Source: an uncultured Gemmatimonadaceae bacterium | GTDB lineage: Bacteria; Gemmatimonadota; Gemmatimonadetes; Gemmatimonadales; Gemmatimonadaceae | Direction: 5' to 3' | DNA length: 64,000 nucleotides | Assembly: GCA_963843845.1 (NCBI GenBank) | Contig: CAWJMB010000002.1 | Location: 3,104,001-3,168,000, forward strand | Part shown: positions 31,071 to 40,052 of the stretch, piece by piece | Position numbering within the stretch: the stretch's first letter is position 1 | How the letters are laid out: the number at the start of each line of letters is the position of its first letter | Translations under genes and position numbers: made by a program | Notes under the pieces: model-generated | What the model was told of the DNA's origin: nothing | What the model saw: only the letters and a program-made list of their open reading frames with translations | Databases searched by the model: none

Positions 31071-31120
31071 TCAGCACATCCGGGATTCGGTCACGCCGAC
31101 AGCGGGCACAGCGACACCGC

Positions 31121-32062
31121 TCACGACGCGCCGGTCCGCGAGAGCGCTTCCTTCACCACGCTCCCCGTCATGAACGCGAGGTTCGCCGGGCGCTCGGCGA
31201 GGCGCCGCATGAGGTAGGGGTACCACTGCGTGCCGAACGGCACGTACACGCGCACGTTCCACCCCTCGCGGACGAGCTGCTCCTGCAGGTCGCGGCGCAC
31301 GCCGTAGAGCATCTGGAACTCGAACCGCTCGGGGCCGATCCCCTCCGCCTTCGCGAATCGCTTCGCTTCGACGATGAGGGCCTCGTCGTGCGTCGCGAGG
31401 CCGGGGTAGTTGCCGTCGCGCATCAGCGTGTGCATGCAGCGCACGAAGCTCGCGTCGACGTCCTTTTTGTCGGGGAACGCGACGCTCGGCGGCTCCTTGT
31501 ACGCGCCCTTGCAGATGCGCACGCGGCAGCGTTCCTGCGCCGCGCGCTCGGCGTCGGCCTGGGTGCGGTAGAGGTAGCTCTGCAGCACGATGCCGACGTT
31601 CTCCGGGTACGTCGGGTAGAGCCGGTCATAGAACAGCGCGAGCGTGCGCTCCGTGTACGCACTCGACTCCATGTCGAGGCGCACGAAGCTGCCGTGGTCG
31701 CGGGCCCGCTGGAGCACGCCGTGAATGACCTCGACGCAGACGTCCTCGGAGACGTCCTGCCCGAGTGCCGTGAGCTTGACCGACACGTTCGCGTCGAGCT
31801 TCCGCTCGGCGATGCGGTCGAGCAGGTGCACGTACTGGCGCCCCGTATCGCGCGCCTCGTCCTCGTTCGAGACGCTCTCGCCGAGCAGGTCGAGCGAGGC
31901 GCGGATCCCCTTCGCGTTCAGGGCGACGACCGCGTCGAGCGCCCGGTCGACGGTCTCTCCCGCGACGAAGCGGGCGGCGAATTTCTTCGCGAGCCCGTTG
32001 TGCCGCACGAACTGAAAGACCTTCGGCTGGTTCGACAGGTAGAGCAGCGTGCTGCGGAGCAT
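31121..32062 (-). CDS. Monofunctional proline dehydrogenase
   Basis: RFVAGE, LDLLGE, SVKLTALG, RLDME, KGAYKE, ATHDE, FQMLYG and YLMRRLAERPAN. Confidence 0.92.
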   Translation of the reverse strand: MLRSTLLYLSNQPKVFQFVRHNGLAKKFAARFVAGETVDRALDAVVALNAKGIRASLDLLGESVSNEDEARDTGRQYVHLLDRIAERKLDANVSVKLTALGQDVSEDVCVEVIHGVLQRARDHGSFVRLDMESSAYTERTLALFYDRLYPTYPENVGIVLQSYLYRTQADAERAAQERCRVRICKGAYKEPPSVAFPDKKDVDASFVRCMHTLMRDGNYPGLATHDEALIVEAKRFAKAEGIGPERFEFQMLYGVRRDLQEQLVREGWNVRVYVPFGTQWYPYLMRRLAERPANLAFMTGSVVKEALSRTGAS

Positions 32063-32132
32063 GACGGATCGGTGGCCGGGAGCGGACGCAGGGGCAGCCG
32101 AAGAATATAGCCGCCGACACGGCCGCGCCCTC

Positions 32133-32194
32133 CTACTACATCGGTAGTTGACACGCGCCGGCGGCGCCCGCACTGTGTACTACCACCGTAGTAG
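32133..32194 (+). promoter_or_regulatory. blaI-2 promoter (TTGACA-N17-CACTGT) with two palindromic operators
   Basis: CTACTACATCGGTAGTTG (32133-32150) overlaps the -35 at 32148; GTACTACCACCGTAGTAG lies at 32177-32194. Confidence 0.8.
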
Positions 32195-32203
32195 GAAAAA
32201 GTC

Positions 32204-32617
32204 ATGAGCGACCGATCGTTAGGTGCGCGCGAGCTCGACGTGATGGGCGTGCTGTGGGCGCACGGCTCCGGGACGGTAACCGAGGTACGCGACCGGCTCC
32301 CGGCCGACCTCGCGTACACGACCGTGCTCACGGTCCTGCGCAATCTCGAAGCGAAGGGATTCGTGCGCCACGAGAGCGAGGGGAAGGCGCACCGCTACCT
32401 GCCGACCGTGGCGCACGCTGCCGCCCGCCGCAGCGCACTCGCGCGGCTCGTCGACAACCTGTTCCAGGGCTCCCCCGAGCTGCTCGTCGCCGAGCTCGTA
32501 CGCGACCGCGCGCTTGACGCCGACGAGGTCGCCCGACTCGCGCGCCAGCTCCGCGAGCCGCCGGTCGACGAGCCCACGCCGCCCAGGACGTCGCGCGGTA
32601 CGCGGGGGTCGCCGTGA
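32204..32617 (+). CDS. BlaI/MecI/CopY family repressor
   Basis: RELDVMGVLWAHGSGTVTEV...LAYTTVLTVLRNLEAKG...LFQGSPELL. Confidence 0.92.
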   Translation: MSDRSLGARELDVMGVLWAHGSGTVTEVRDRLPADLAYTTVLTVLRNLEAKGFVRHESEGKAHRYLPTVAHAAARRSALARLVDNLFQGSPELLVAELVRDRALDADEVARLARQLREPPVDEPTPPRTSRGTRGSP

Positions 32618-34365
32618 TCGCGCTCGCCATGCTCGCCGCGACGTGCATCGCGCTCTCGGTCGGCGTCGCCGCCGCCGCGGCCGAACGCGTGCTCCGTCTC
32701 TGGCGACGGCCGGCGCGCGACGTGTGGACGGCGGCGATGGTCACGACGCTCGCGCTCCCGGCCGCCGCGACGATCCTTCCACGACTTCCGTTCGCCACCG
32801 AGATGGCGACCGTGGTCGCGACGGTGCTGGCCGGTGCGCTCGGCCGCCCGACGACGGTCGGTGCGCGATTCTCGCCACGGCCGTACGAGCTGCAGCCGGT
32901 CGTCGTGCGCGCGACCGACGCGCCGCTCGTGAGCGCGGCGACGCTCGACGCGCTCGCGCGGCTCGACCGGCCGCTCGCGATCGTCTGGGCCGCGCTCTCG
33001 CTCGTCGTGCTGGCCGGCATCGCGCGCGGCGTGCGTCAGCTGCAACGACGGCGCGCCACGTGGACGGCGGCGCGCGTCGACGGCGTGCGCGTGCTCGTCG
33101 CGGACGACGTCGGGCCGGCCGTCGTCGGGCTCCGCGCTCCGGCCATCGTGCTGCCGCGCTGGGCGCTCGCGCTCGAGACGCCGCTCCGCGCGCTCGTCGT
33201 GCGCCACGAGTCGGAGCACGTGCGCGCCGGGGACCCGCGCCGCCTCGCGCTCGGCGCCGTCGCCGTCGCGCTCGTGCCGTGGAACGTCGCGCTCTGGTGG
33301 CAGCTCCGCCGCCTCCGCGTCGCGCTCGAGATCGACTGCGACGCGCGCGTCCTCGGCGCACTCGCCGAGCGCGGCGCCGACGGCGCCTCACCGGCGGACG
33401 TGTCGCGCTACGGGCTGCTGCTCCTCGCGGTCGCGCAGCGCCCGTCGACGTCGCTCGGCCACCTCGCGGGCGCGCCGGCGCTCGCCGAATCCCGCTCGGA
33501 CCTCAGCCGGAGGATCGACGCCATGCGCACTCCACTTCCTCGTCGCCGCGGACTGCGCGCGGCGTTCGGCACCTGCGTCGCCGCGGCGGCGTTAGGCACC
33601 ACGTTCGCCGCGTGCACCGAGACGCGCGACGCGATCAGCCCCGACCGCGTCGCGGCGGCGCGCGCGCGCGACTCGGCCGCGGCGGTCGCGACGACGCTCG
33701 ACCGGCGCGCGGCGGCGCGGACGTGGACCGACTCGCTCCGCATCGAGATCGACGGCGCCGTCACGCAGGGCGACTCGTTCCGTGTCGGGATGGCGGCCGT
33801 GCGGCGCGCGCTCGCGCACCAGGCCGACTCGGTGCCGCCCGTGCGGCTGCCGTTCGAGCTCGACGCGTCGGGAGGACGCGGGAGCAGGATCGGTCCGGCG
33901 TCCGGCCCCGCGACGCTTCCCGGCGTGAAGGCCGCGCTCGTGCAGTTCCGCGAGCGCCAGGCCGCACTCGATGCACGCCACCCCGAACTCGAGACGGCTA
34001 CGACTGCATACATCCGCGACCGCGCGCGCGCCAACTCGCCGCCGAAGGTCGTCGACGCCAACGCGCCCCTCTTCGAGTACCAGGTGGAGTCGGCCGCGCG
34101 CCCCGCGCGCGGCAGCGCCTTCCCGCGCTACCCGGAGATGCTGAAGGCGGCCCGCGTCGAGGGAACGGTCGACGCGCAATTCGTCGTCGACCAGAACGGG
34201 CGCGTCGACATGAGCACGTTCAGGGTGTCCAGGAGCGACCACGCGCTGTTCATGCAGGCCGTGCGCGCGGCGCTCGAGACCATGCGGTTCGAGCCGGCGA
34301 CGGTCGGTGGACGGCCGGTGCGACAGCTGATCCAGCAGCCGTTCCAGTTCTCGCTGTCGAGATGA
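32614..34365 (+). CDS. BlaR1-like M56 peptidase fused to a TonB C-terminal domain
   Basis: RHESEHV, EIDCDARVL and LSRRIDAM; C-terminus PRYPEMLKAARVEGTVDAQFVVDQNGRV...RFEPATVGGRPVRQLIQQPFQF. Confidence 0.88.
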   Translation: MIALAMLAATCIALSVGVAAAAAERVLRLWRRPARDVWTAAMVTTLALPAAATILPRLPFATEMATVVATVLAGALGRPTTVGARFSPRPYELQPVVVRATDAPLVSAATLDALARLDRPLAIVWAALSLVVLAGIARGVRQLQRRRATWTAARVDGVRVLVADDVGPAVVGLRAPAIVLPRWALALETPLRALVVRHESEHVRAGDPRRLALGAVAVALVPWNVALWWQLRRLRVALEIDCDARVLGALAERGADGASPADVSRYGLLLLAVAQRPSTSLGHLAGAPALAESRSDLSRRIDAMRTPLPRRRGLRAAFGTCVAAAALGTTFAACTETRDAISPDRVAAARARDSAAAVATTLDRRAAARTWTDSLRIEIDGAVTQGDSFRVGMAAVRRALAHQADSVPPVRLPFELDASGGRGSRIGPASGPATLPGVKAALVQFRERQAALDARHPELETATTAYIRDRARANSPPKVVDANAPLFEYQVESAARPARGSAFPRYPEMLKAARVEGTVDAQFVVDQNGRVDMSTFRVSRSDHALFMQAVRAALETMRFEPATVGGRPVRQLIQQPFQFSLSR

Positions 34366-34410
34366 TGGGGCGCGCTCCGCTCCGCCGTCGCGCCGTGGTC
34401 CGATCGTGAT

Positions 34411-34678
34411 CGAAGGGCGGTCGAACGGCGGTGGAACCGCCGTCGAACTACGGCGGTACGGCGGCTGAACGGCGGCTGAACGGCGGTGATGCGGTGTGAC
34501 TCACGGCGGACGAGGAACGGCGGTACCTGCGCGCTGTCAGCTATCAGCCGCAGGTACCGCCGTTCCTCGTCCGGTGTGAGACTCCGTATCACCGCCGTCC
34601 CACCGCCGTCCCACCGCCGTCCCACCGCCGTATCACCGCCGTCCCACCGCCGTATCACCGCCGTCCCACCGCCGTCCC
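34411..34678. repeat. Foldback element: 25-bp perfect stem flanked by inverted arrays of 11-bp repeats
   Basis: 34507-34531 pairs with 34549-34573. Right arm is 8x ACCGCCGT(CCC/ATC) at 34591-34678; left arm has degenerate GAACGGCGGY units. Confidence 0.85.
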
Positions 34679-34695
34679 ATCGCGCAGGCGAGCCG

Positions 34696-36399
34696 TCACG
34701 GCACCGCCGTCCGCCGTCCGTTCGGCACCGCCGTCACCCGCACGATCGGAAACTCGCTCCCGGCCGTCATCCCGCGCCCGACGACCCCCCAATTCGCGAG
34801 CCCATCGTCGCTCTGCGGCTCGAGCAGGAGGAGCGCCACGAGCGCGAGCGGCTGGTTCGCCGGGACGAAGTAGCCGCCCGATGCCAGCTGCCGCGGCGTG
34901 CTCCGCCACCGCCCCTCCAGCCGCACTTCGTTGTGCCCCTGGAACGGCCGCGGCGCGACGATCACCGAGTCCGCGACGAACAGCTCCGCCTGCAACTGCG
35001 CCGCCGAGTCCGCGCGCTCGACGCGGACGCCGTGGGCACGCAGCACGGCGACGGCGCGGTCCTGCGTGCCGTCGAACGCCCACCCGCCTGCCGGCACCCT
35101 CTGCCGCAGCGTCGGTTCGAATCGATCGAACACCGGCATCGACTGCGTGAGGATCCGTCCCGTACGACGCAGGCCGCGCGGCACCCCCGCCTGTGTGACC
35201 TGCGTCGAGTCGGCGACGCGCTCCAGCACCTCGACCTTCACGGGCGCCGTGTAGGGCGTCGTCGTGAGGCGCGCCCGCAGCACGCCCTCGCGTGGCAGCT
35301 CACTCTGCCGGGTCCGCCCGACGATGCCGGGCCCCTGCTCCGCGACGAGCGACAGCAGCTCGCGCACGAACGCGTACGTCGACTCGACGCGGCGGTCGAA
35401 CGGGTCGTGTGAGAACGCCTCGCTCAGGATCGAGATCTTGCCACGCAGACCGTAGTAGTTCGTGCCGAAGCGCGGGTGCGAGTCGTAGGTCTCCCACCCG
35501 CCCTTGACCGAGTCGGTGAGCGCGCGCGCGCCGAACTCGCGCGTGAAGTTCCCGTACGGAAACGTCTCGACGTTGCGGCGCGTCCGCACGCGCCGCTCGA
35601 GTTCGGGCAGCAGCGTGTCCTGATTGAACGGGCGCAGCGGGGCGCCGGGGTGCAGCGACGGCGAGTAGGTCAGCGCGTAGCCGTGGTAGCTGCCGTCGGT
35701 CGTGTGCAGATCGACGAAGACGTCCGGATCCCAGCGCGTGAACGCTGCGAGCGCCGCGCGTGTCTCTGGCGCCTCGGCCTTGGTGTAGTCGCGGTTGAGG
35801 TCGAGCCCCTGCGCATTCGGCCGCTGGCCGACGAGGACCGGGCCGTTCTGCTCGCCACGGTTGATCGTCTGCGGCTGCACCTTCTCGTTGCCGTCCGCGT
35901 TGTAGATCGGCACCGCGAGCAGCACGAGCGAGTCGAGCACGTTGGGCCGCGGGTCGAGCGAGAGGTCGCGCAGCGCCATCATGAGCGCCTCTTTCCCCTC
36001 CACCTCGCCGGCGTGGATGTTCGCCTGGATGTAGACGATCGGCTTGCCGCTCGCCCGCGCCTCGTCCGGCGTGCGGATCACCGGCCGCGCCGCGATGATG
36101 AACGGCAGGTCCGCGCCTTCCGCCGATCGGCCGATCGTCTGCTCGGTGATCGGCGCGCCGAGCCGCGCCAGCGAGTCGAGGAAGGTGTAGACGTCGGTGA
36201 GGCGCGACGTCTCGAAGTACCTGGTGCGCTCGGCGCGCGTGAGCGGACGGGGCGCGTGGCGGCCGGCCTCTGCCGCGGCGCGCCCCTCGGCCATCGCTCG
36301 CGGCACGGCCTTCGGGTCGGCCTGCACTTGCAGACCCTTGCGACACGCGAGCGGCGCGGCGCACAGCGCGAGCGCGGGGAGGAGGCGAGAAACTCTCAT
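34696..36399 (-). CDS. M14 zinc carboxypeptidase family (probable lipoprotein)
   Basis: QANIHAGEVEGKE (HxxE), DLNRD and DLHTTDG; PLAC lipobox-like sequence. Confidence 0.88.
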   Translation of the reverse strand: MRVSRLLPALALCAAPLACRKGLQVQADPKAVPRAMAEGRAAAEAGRHAPRPLTRAERTRYFETSRLTDVYTFLDSLARLGAPITEQTIGRSAEGADLPFIIAARPVIRTPDEARASGKPIVYIQANIHAGEVEGKEALMMALRDLSLDPRPNVLDSLVLLAVPIYNADGNEKVQPQTINRGEQNGPVLVGQRPNAQGLDLNRDYTKAEAPETRAALAAFTRWDPDVFVDLHTTDGSYHGYALTYSPSLHPGAPLRPFNQDTLLPELERRVRTRRNVETFPYGNFTREFGARALTDSVKGGWETYDSHPRFGTNYYGLRGKISILSEAFSHDPFDRRVESTYAFVRELLSLVAEQGPGIVGRTRQSELPREGVLRARLTTTPYTAPVKVEVLERVADSTQVTQAGVPRGLRRTGRILTQSMPVFDRFEPTLRQRVPAGGWAFDGTQDRAVAVLRAHGVRVERADSAAQLQAELFVADSVIVAPRPFQGHNEVRLEGRWRSTPRQLASGGYFVPANQPLALVALLLLEPQSDDGLANWGVVGRGMTAGSEFPIVRVTAVPNGRRTAVP

Positions 36400-36457
36400 G
36401 ACGGAAGGAGCCGGAGACGGGGAGCCAGCGGGTAGAAGGTAAACGCGGCGCGCGGTC

Positions 36458-37666
36458 TCACTGCACGACGAGCAATCCGACCTCGCCGCCGAATTCGTCG
36501 CGCACGACGGTGAGCCCCGGCGGCGCGACCCACCGACCACCATTCGCGCGCACGTTCACTCGATGCACGCCCGGCGGGATGACGACACGCAGCGACCACA
36601 CGTTCGCGCCGTCGGACGTCAGCGTCACCGGCAGCCAGTTCGTGAAATCCGCCATCAGCTCCACGGTCGACGCGCCGCTCAGCACCAGGCGAATCGCCCG
36701 CAGCTCGCTCGTCGTCGACTCGGTCTCGACGGTGAACGGACGAGCGACGGCACGCGATCGCGCCGCCCCGCCGAGTCCGTAGTCGCGCGTCAGTTCGGCC
36801 AGCCGGCGTGCGTCGGCCTCACGGGGCGCCTGCGTCGCCACCCGCAGCGCCGCCGAGGCGTAGCGTCCGCCGGGCAGCCCGCGCCACAGCTCCGCCGGAA
36901 AGACGCCGCCGCCGCCGACGACCGCGAGGTGCCTCGTCAGCCAGTACGCGGCGCCGAGCTCCGCCCAGTATGCGGCGCCGGCAGCGCGGTCGCCGTCGCG
37001 GTAGCCCGCGGTCGCCGAGAGCTGGGTCCCGTGGTTGTCGACGCGGCCGCTCGCGAGCACGTCGGTGTAGCGAAAGCCGCCGACGCGCGTCGGCATCGCC
37101 TGCACGCTCAGCGTCGCGGGCCCGGCGCGCGTCCAGCCGCCCGCATCGAGCTGAACGATGTCGTCGGGGAAGGAGAAGCCGCGGGCGACGGCGCCGACCC
37201 CCGTGCCCACCCACACTCCGCGCTCCGCGTTCGCGAGATGCAGTCGGCCGAGTGTGTAGAGATTCGTCGCCGCGTTGCTGAGGCGGCTGTAGTGCGTATT
37301 GGCCGCCGTCGCGAAGAACTCGCCGCGCAGCTTCCAGATCGTCGGCGACACGATCGACGCCGCGAGCGCAGCCTCGATGCTGTAGTTGCCGCTCTCGAAG
37401 CGGCTGAACGCACCGCGCGCGGCGACGGTCGCGCGCCCCCGCTCGATGCGCACGGCGGGGGTCACGTTCCCGACCGCCGCGCGCACGAACTCGTCGTACC
37501 GCACGCTCGCCCCGCCGACGTCGAGCGAGCCGACGATCTGCGTCTGCTGCTGCGCGCGGGCATTTTGCGCGCCGAGCGTTCCCGACAGGCCCGCGCCGAT
37601 CGTCGCCCACACTGTCGCGACGGGGCGCCGGACGCGACCCGCGACCTGCGGCGACCTCAGCGGCAA
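36458..37666 (-). CDS. Putative outer-membrane beta-barrel with C-terminal CBM48/glycogen-binding-like domain (start uncertain)
   Basis: Alternating beta-strand body; C-terminus ASTVELMADFTNW...VWSLRVVIPPGVHRVNVRANGGRWVAPPG...DEFGG. Confidence 0.65.
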   Translation of the reverse strand: MPLRSPQVAGRVRRPVATVWATIGAGLSGTLGAQNARAQQQTQIVGSLDVGGASVRYDEFVRAAVGNVTPAVRIERGRATVAARGAFSRFESGNYSIEAALAASIVSPTIWKLRGEFFATAANTHYSRLSNAATNLYTLGRLHLANAERGVWVGTGVGAVARGFSFPDDIVQLDAGGWTRAGPATLSVQAMPTRVGGFRYTDVLASGRVDNHGTQLSATAGYRDGDRAAGAAYWAELGAAYWLTRHLAVVGGGGVFPAELWRGLPGGRYASAALRVATQAPREADARRLAELTRDYGLGGAARSRAVARPFTVETESTTSELRAIRLVLSGASTVELMADFTNWLPVTLTSDGANVWSLRVVIPPGVHRVNVRANGGRWVAPPGLTVVRDEFGGEVGLLVVQ

Positions 37667-37803
37667 AATCCGGGAGCCGGCATCCTCGCAAGCTAGCGCC
37701 CGCTCCGCGCACGGGCGACGCCGCGTCCGCTCGAATCCGGGGTGACTGCGTGTCGAACGCGCGCGTCGAGCTACCAGAGCAGTCCGCGCCCGGCTCGAGC
37801 GTT

Positions 37804-37896
37804 CTCGACAGAAGGAACAGAAGGCACAGAAGACCTGCTCGGGCTCCCCCGTTCGTTCCCGCCGTGCCTTCCGTTCCTCCTGTTCCTTCTGTCGAG
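37804..37896. repeat. REP-like inverted repeat of 9-bp ACAGAAGGN units
   Basis: 29-bp arms 37804-37832 and 37868-37896 with 3 mismatches. Confidence 0.75.
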
Positions 37897-37925
37897 CGCT
37901 ACAGCAAACGAATCCGCGACCTGCT

Positions 37926-38648
37926 CTAGGGTCGCAGCTTCGGCGCGGGAATCACCTTGCCGTCCGCGCCGACCGACGACGGCGTACCGACCGTCGAGAT
38001 GCTGAGCGACAGCGCGTCCGCCCGGAGCGAGGCCGCAGCCGCCGGTGATGCGCCGAGCCCGACGTCCCGCTCGACCGCCTGACGGAATGCGACGAGCTGC
38101 CCATCCGCTGCGCCGAGCCTGGTCAGCTCGAGCACGCTCCGCGTCGCCGACGACACCGGAACGCCCCGCGCGATGAGATCGGACAGCACGCCGAGTGCGA
38201 CCGAGAGCGTCTGGCCCGGGCGTTCCTGACGAAGCCTGGCGAGCGCCTTCGCGTCGACCCCCACGCGGAGTGCCGCCGCGCCTGCCGTGAGCTCTCCCGG
38301 CACCGACCGCGCGCCGAGCGACTGACTGGCGCGCGACAGGTCGACGGCGAGCGTGCGCACCGCCGGGGCGATGACGTCGCTCGACGGACCGCGCTTGCTC
38401 GCCCCCTCCAGCGCCTTGTCGATCAGCGGTTCTGCGGGAATGCCGCGCGCCACGGCGGAATCGACGACGCGCTCGACGTCGGCGCGAACACGAGCGTCGA
38501 GGCGACCGTCGAGACGGGCGCGGATCGACGCCGAGGCCGGCTGGGTCGCAGGCTGCTGCGCCCCGAGCACCGGCGTGCCGAGCGGCGTGAGACCGAACAG
38601 AGCGAGCAGCGACGCGGCGAGCTGCGCGCTGCGGCGAGAGCGAATCAT
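37926..38648 (-). CDS. Secreted alpha-helical hypothetical protein
   Basis: Signal peptide; GIPAEPLIDKALEGASK and ALGVLSDLIARGVPV; ATGA overlap with the upstream gene. Confidence 0.7.
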   Translation of the reverse strand: MIRSRRSAQLAASLLALFGLTPLGTPVLGAQQPATQPASASIRARLDGRLDARVRADVERVVDSAVARGIPAEPLIDKALEGASKRGPSSDVIAPAVRTLAVDLSRASQSLGARSVPGELTAGAAALRVGVDAKALARLRQERPGQTLSVALGVLSDLIARGVPVSSATRSVLELTRLGAADGQLVAFRQAVERDVGLGASPAAAASLRADALSLSISTVGTPSSVGADGKVIPAPKLRP

Positions 38649-39337
38649 GAGCGACGTGCCTCCACGGTCACCACCGAGCTCGGCTGCCCGAAATCGTCGT
38701 CCGCGGCGCGCGCGGCGTTGGGGTCGGCCACCCACTCCGTTCCGTCGACGAGGAACGAGTACTTGTGCGTGCCGGCAGGGAGCGGCACATCGACCGTCCA
38801 CAGCCCGTCGCCGTTCGCGACGCGCCGCAGCGGAGTGCGCCCGTGGTCCCAGTCGTTGAAGTCGCCGACGAGCGACACGTGACGCGCGTCGCGCGCGACG
38901 AGCACGAACTTCGTGACGTAGACCGTGTCGGTCGTGCGCGTCGGCGCTTCGCGCATGGTGTCCGTTCCCTTGACGACCGGGAACTCGTCGGTCGCCGCGT
39001 AGCGATCGGCGGGCGTCTCCCCGCGCGTCGCGTTGCCGCCACGCAGTCCGATCAGCGCCGCGATGAGCGCGACCGCCGCCGCCGCCATCGCGCCGAGCGG
39101 CGACACCGACACGCGGAGCGAGCGAGGGCGCACGAGCCACTGCCACCCCCCGCGCCGCGCCGGCCGAGGGGCAACGGCGCGCCCCGAGGCCGGCGCGGCC
39201 ATGAGCGGCGCGGCGCGGATCGTCCTCATCACGGCATGGTCGACTTCGACTCCGAGATCGACCGGCTGGCGAAGCGCGAGCGCGATGCGCTCGATCTCCG
39301 GACCGATCTCGTCGTCGAGAATCCCTGCGTCACGCAC
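38645..39337 (-). CDS. Putative single-pass anti-sigma factor with CBM48/isoamylase early-set domain
   Basis: Short N-terminal region, TM AMAAAAVALIAALIGL, then VSLVGDFNDW...GLWTVDVPLPAGTHKYSFLVDGTEWVADP...DDDFG. Confidence 0.75.
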   Translation of the reverse strand: MRDAGILDDEIGPEIERIALALRQPVDLGVEVDHAVMRTIRAAPLMAAPASGRAVAPRPARRGGWQWLVRPRSLRVSVSPLGAMAAAAVALIAALIGLRGGNATRGETPADRYAATDEFPVVKGTDTMREAPTRTTDTVYVTKFVLVARDARHVSLVGDFNDWDHGRTPLRRVANGDGLWTVDVPLPAGTHKYSFLVDGTEWVADPNAARAADDDFGQPSSVVTVEARRS

Positions 39338-39866
39338 TGTAAGCCTCCTGAAGGAGTCCGCGCAGCCGGTCGCAGGCCCGCTTGACTCGCATTTTCAATG
39401 CAGACACGCCGACGTTGGTCATGTCCGCCATCTCTTCGTAGCTCAGCCCTTCGACGTGCTTGAGGAGGAACGCTTCGCGCTGGTCCGGGTCGATCTGCGC
39501 GAGGGCGCGCTCGATCTCTTCTCGCCAGGCACTCTGCTCCGCCGGATGCGGCTCGGCGGCCGAACGGGTCGCGACTTCGTCGGAGATGAACGTCCGCCCC
39601 CGGCGCGTCGAGCGCGCGCCCGCCGTGCGGCACCGGTTCACGAGGATGCTGAACAGCCACGACCCGAACCGCTCCGGGTCGTCGCATCGCCCGATCGCCC
39701 GGTATGCCCGGATGAACGCGTCCTGCAACGCTTCCTGTGCGTCCTCGCGATTCCCGAGCATCCGCACCGCGTACCGCGACAGCCGCGGCCGGTAGCGTTC
39801 GACGAGTATCGCGTAGGCCTCGACGTCTCCACCCAACACCTGGGCGACGATCGTCGCGTCCGTCAT
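39330..39866 (-). CDS. ECF RNA polymerase sigma-70 factor
   Basis: EDAQEALQDAFIRAY, FGSWLFSILVNRC and REAFLLKHVEGLSYEEMA...ALKMRVKRA. Confidence 0.92.
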   Translation of the reverse strand: MTDATIVAQVLGGDVEAYAILVERYRPRLSRYAVRMLGNREDAQEALQDAFIRAYRAIGRCDDPERFGSWLFSILVNRCRTAGARSTRRGRTFISDEVATRSAAEPHPAEQSAWREEIERALAQIDPDQREAFLLKHVEGLSYEEMADMTNVGVSALKMRVKRACDRLRGLLQEAYSA

Positions 39867-40052
39867 TTCCACAGCCAAGAGACCCTCATCCCATGCGGCT
39901 CGTCACTGTCGCGCGAAGTCGGCAGCGCGTCCACGCGACCGACCCGATGAGGATACCCCGCTATGGGACAATCGTCATGTGGCGTGCCGTTGCCTCGCGA
40001 CCGTCGTCTCTCGTCCGACGTCTCGGCGCGCCCGAGGGATTAGACTGGGCGC

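Noticed and set aside
34591..34678. Possible CRISPR array
   Set aside because: 11-bp tandem units with no unique spacers and no cas genes in the window.
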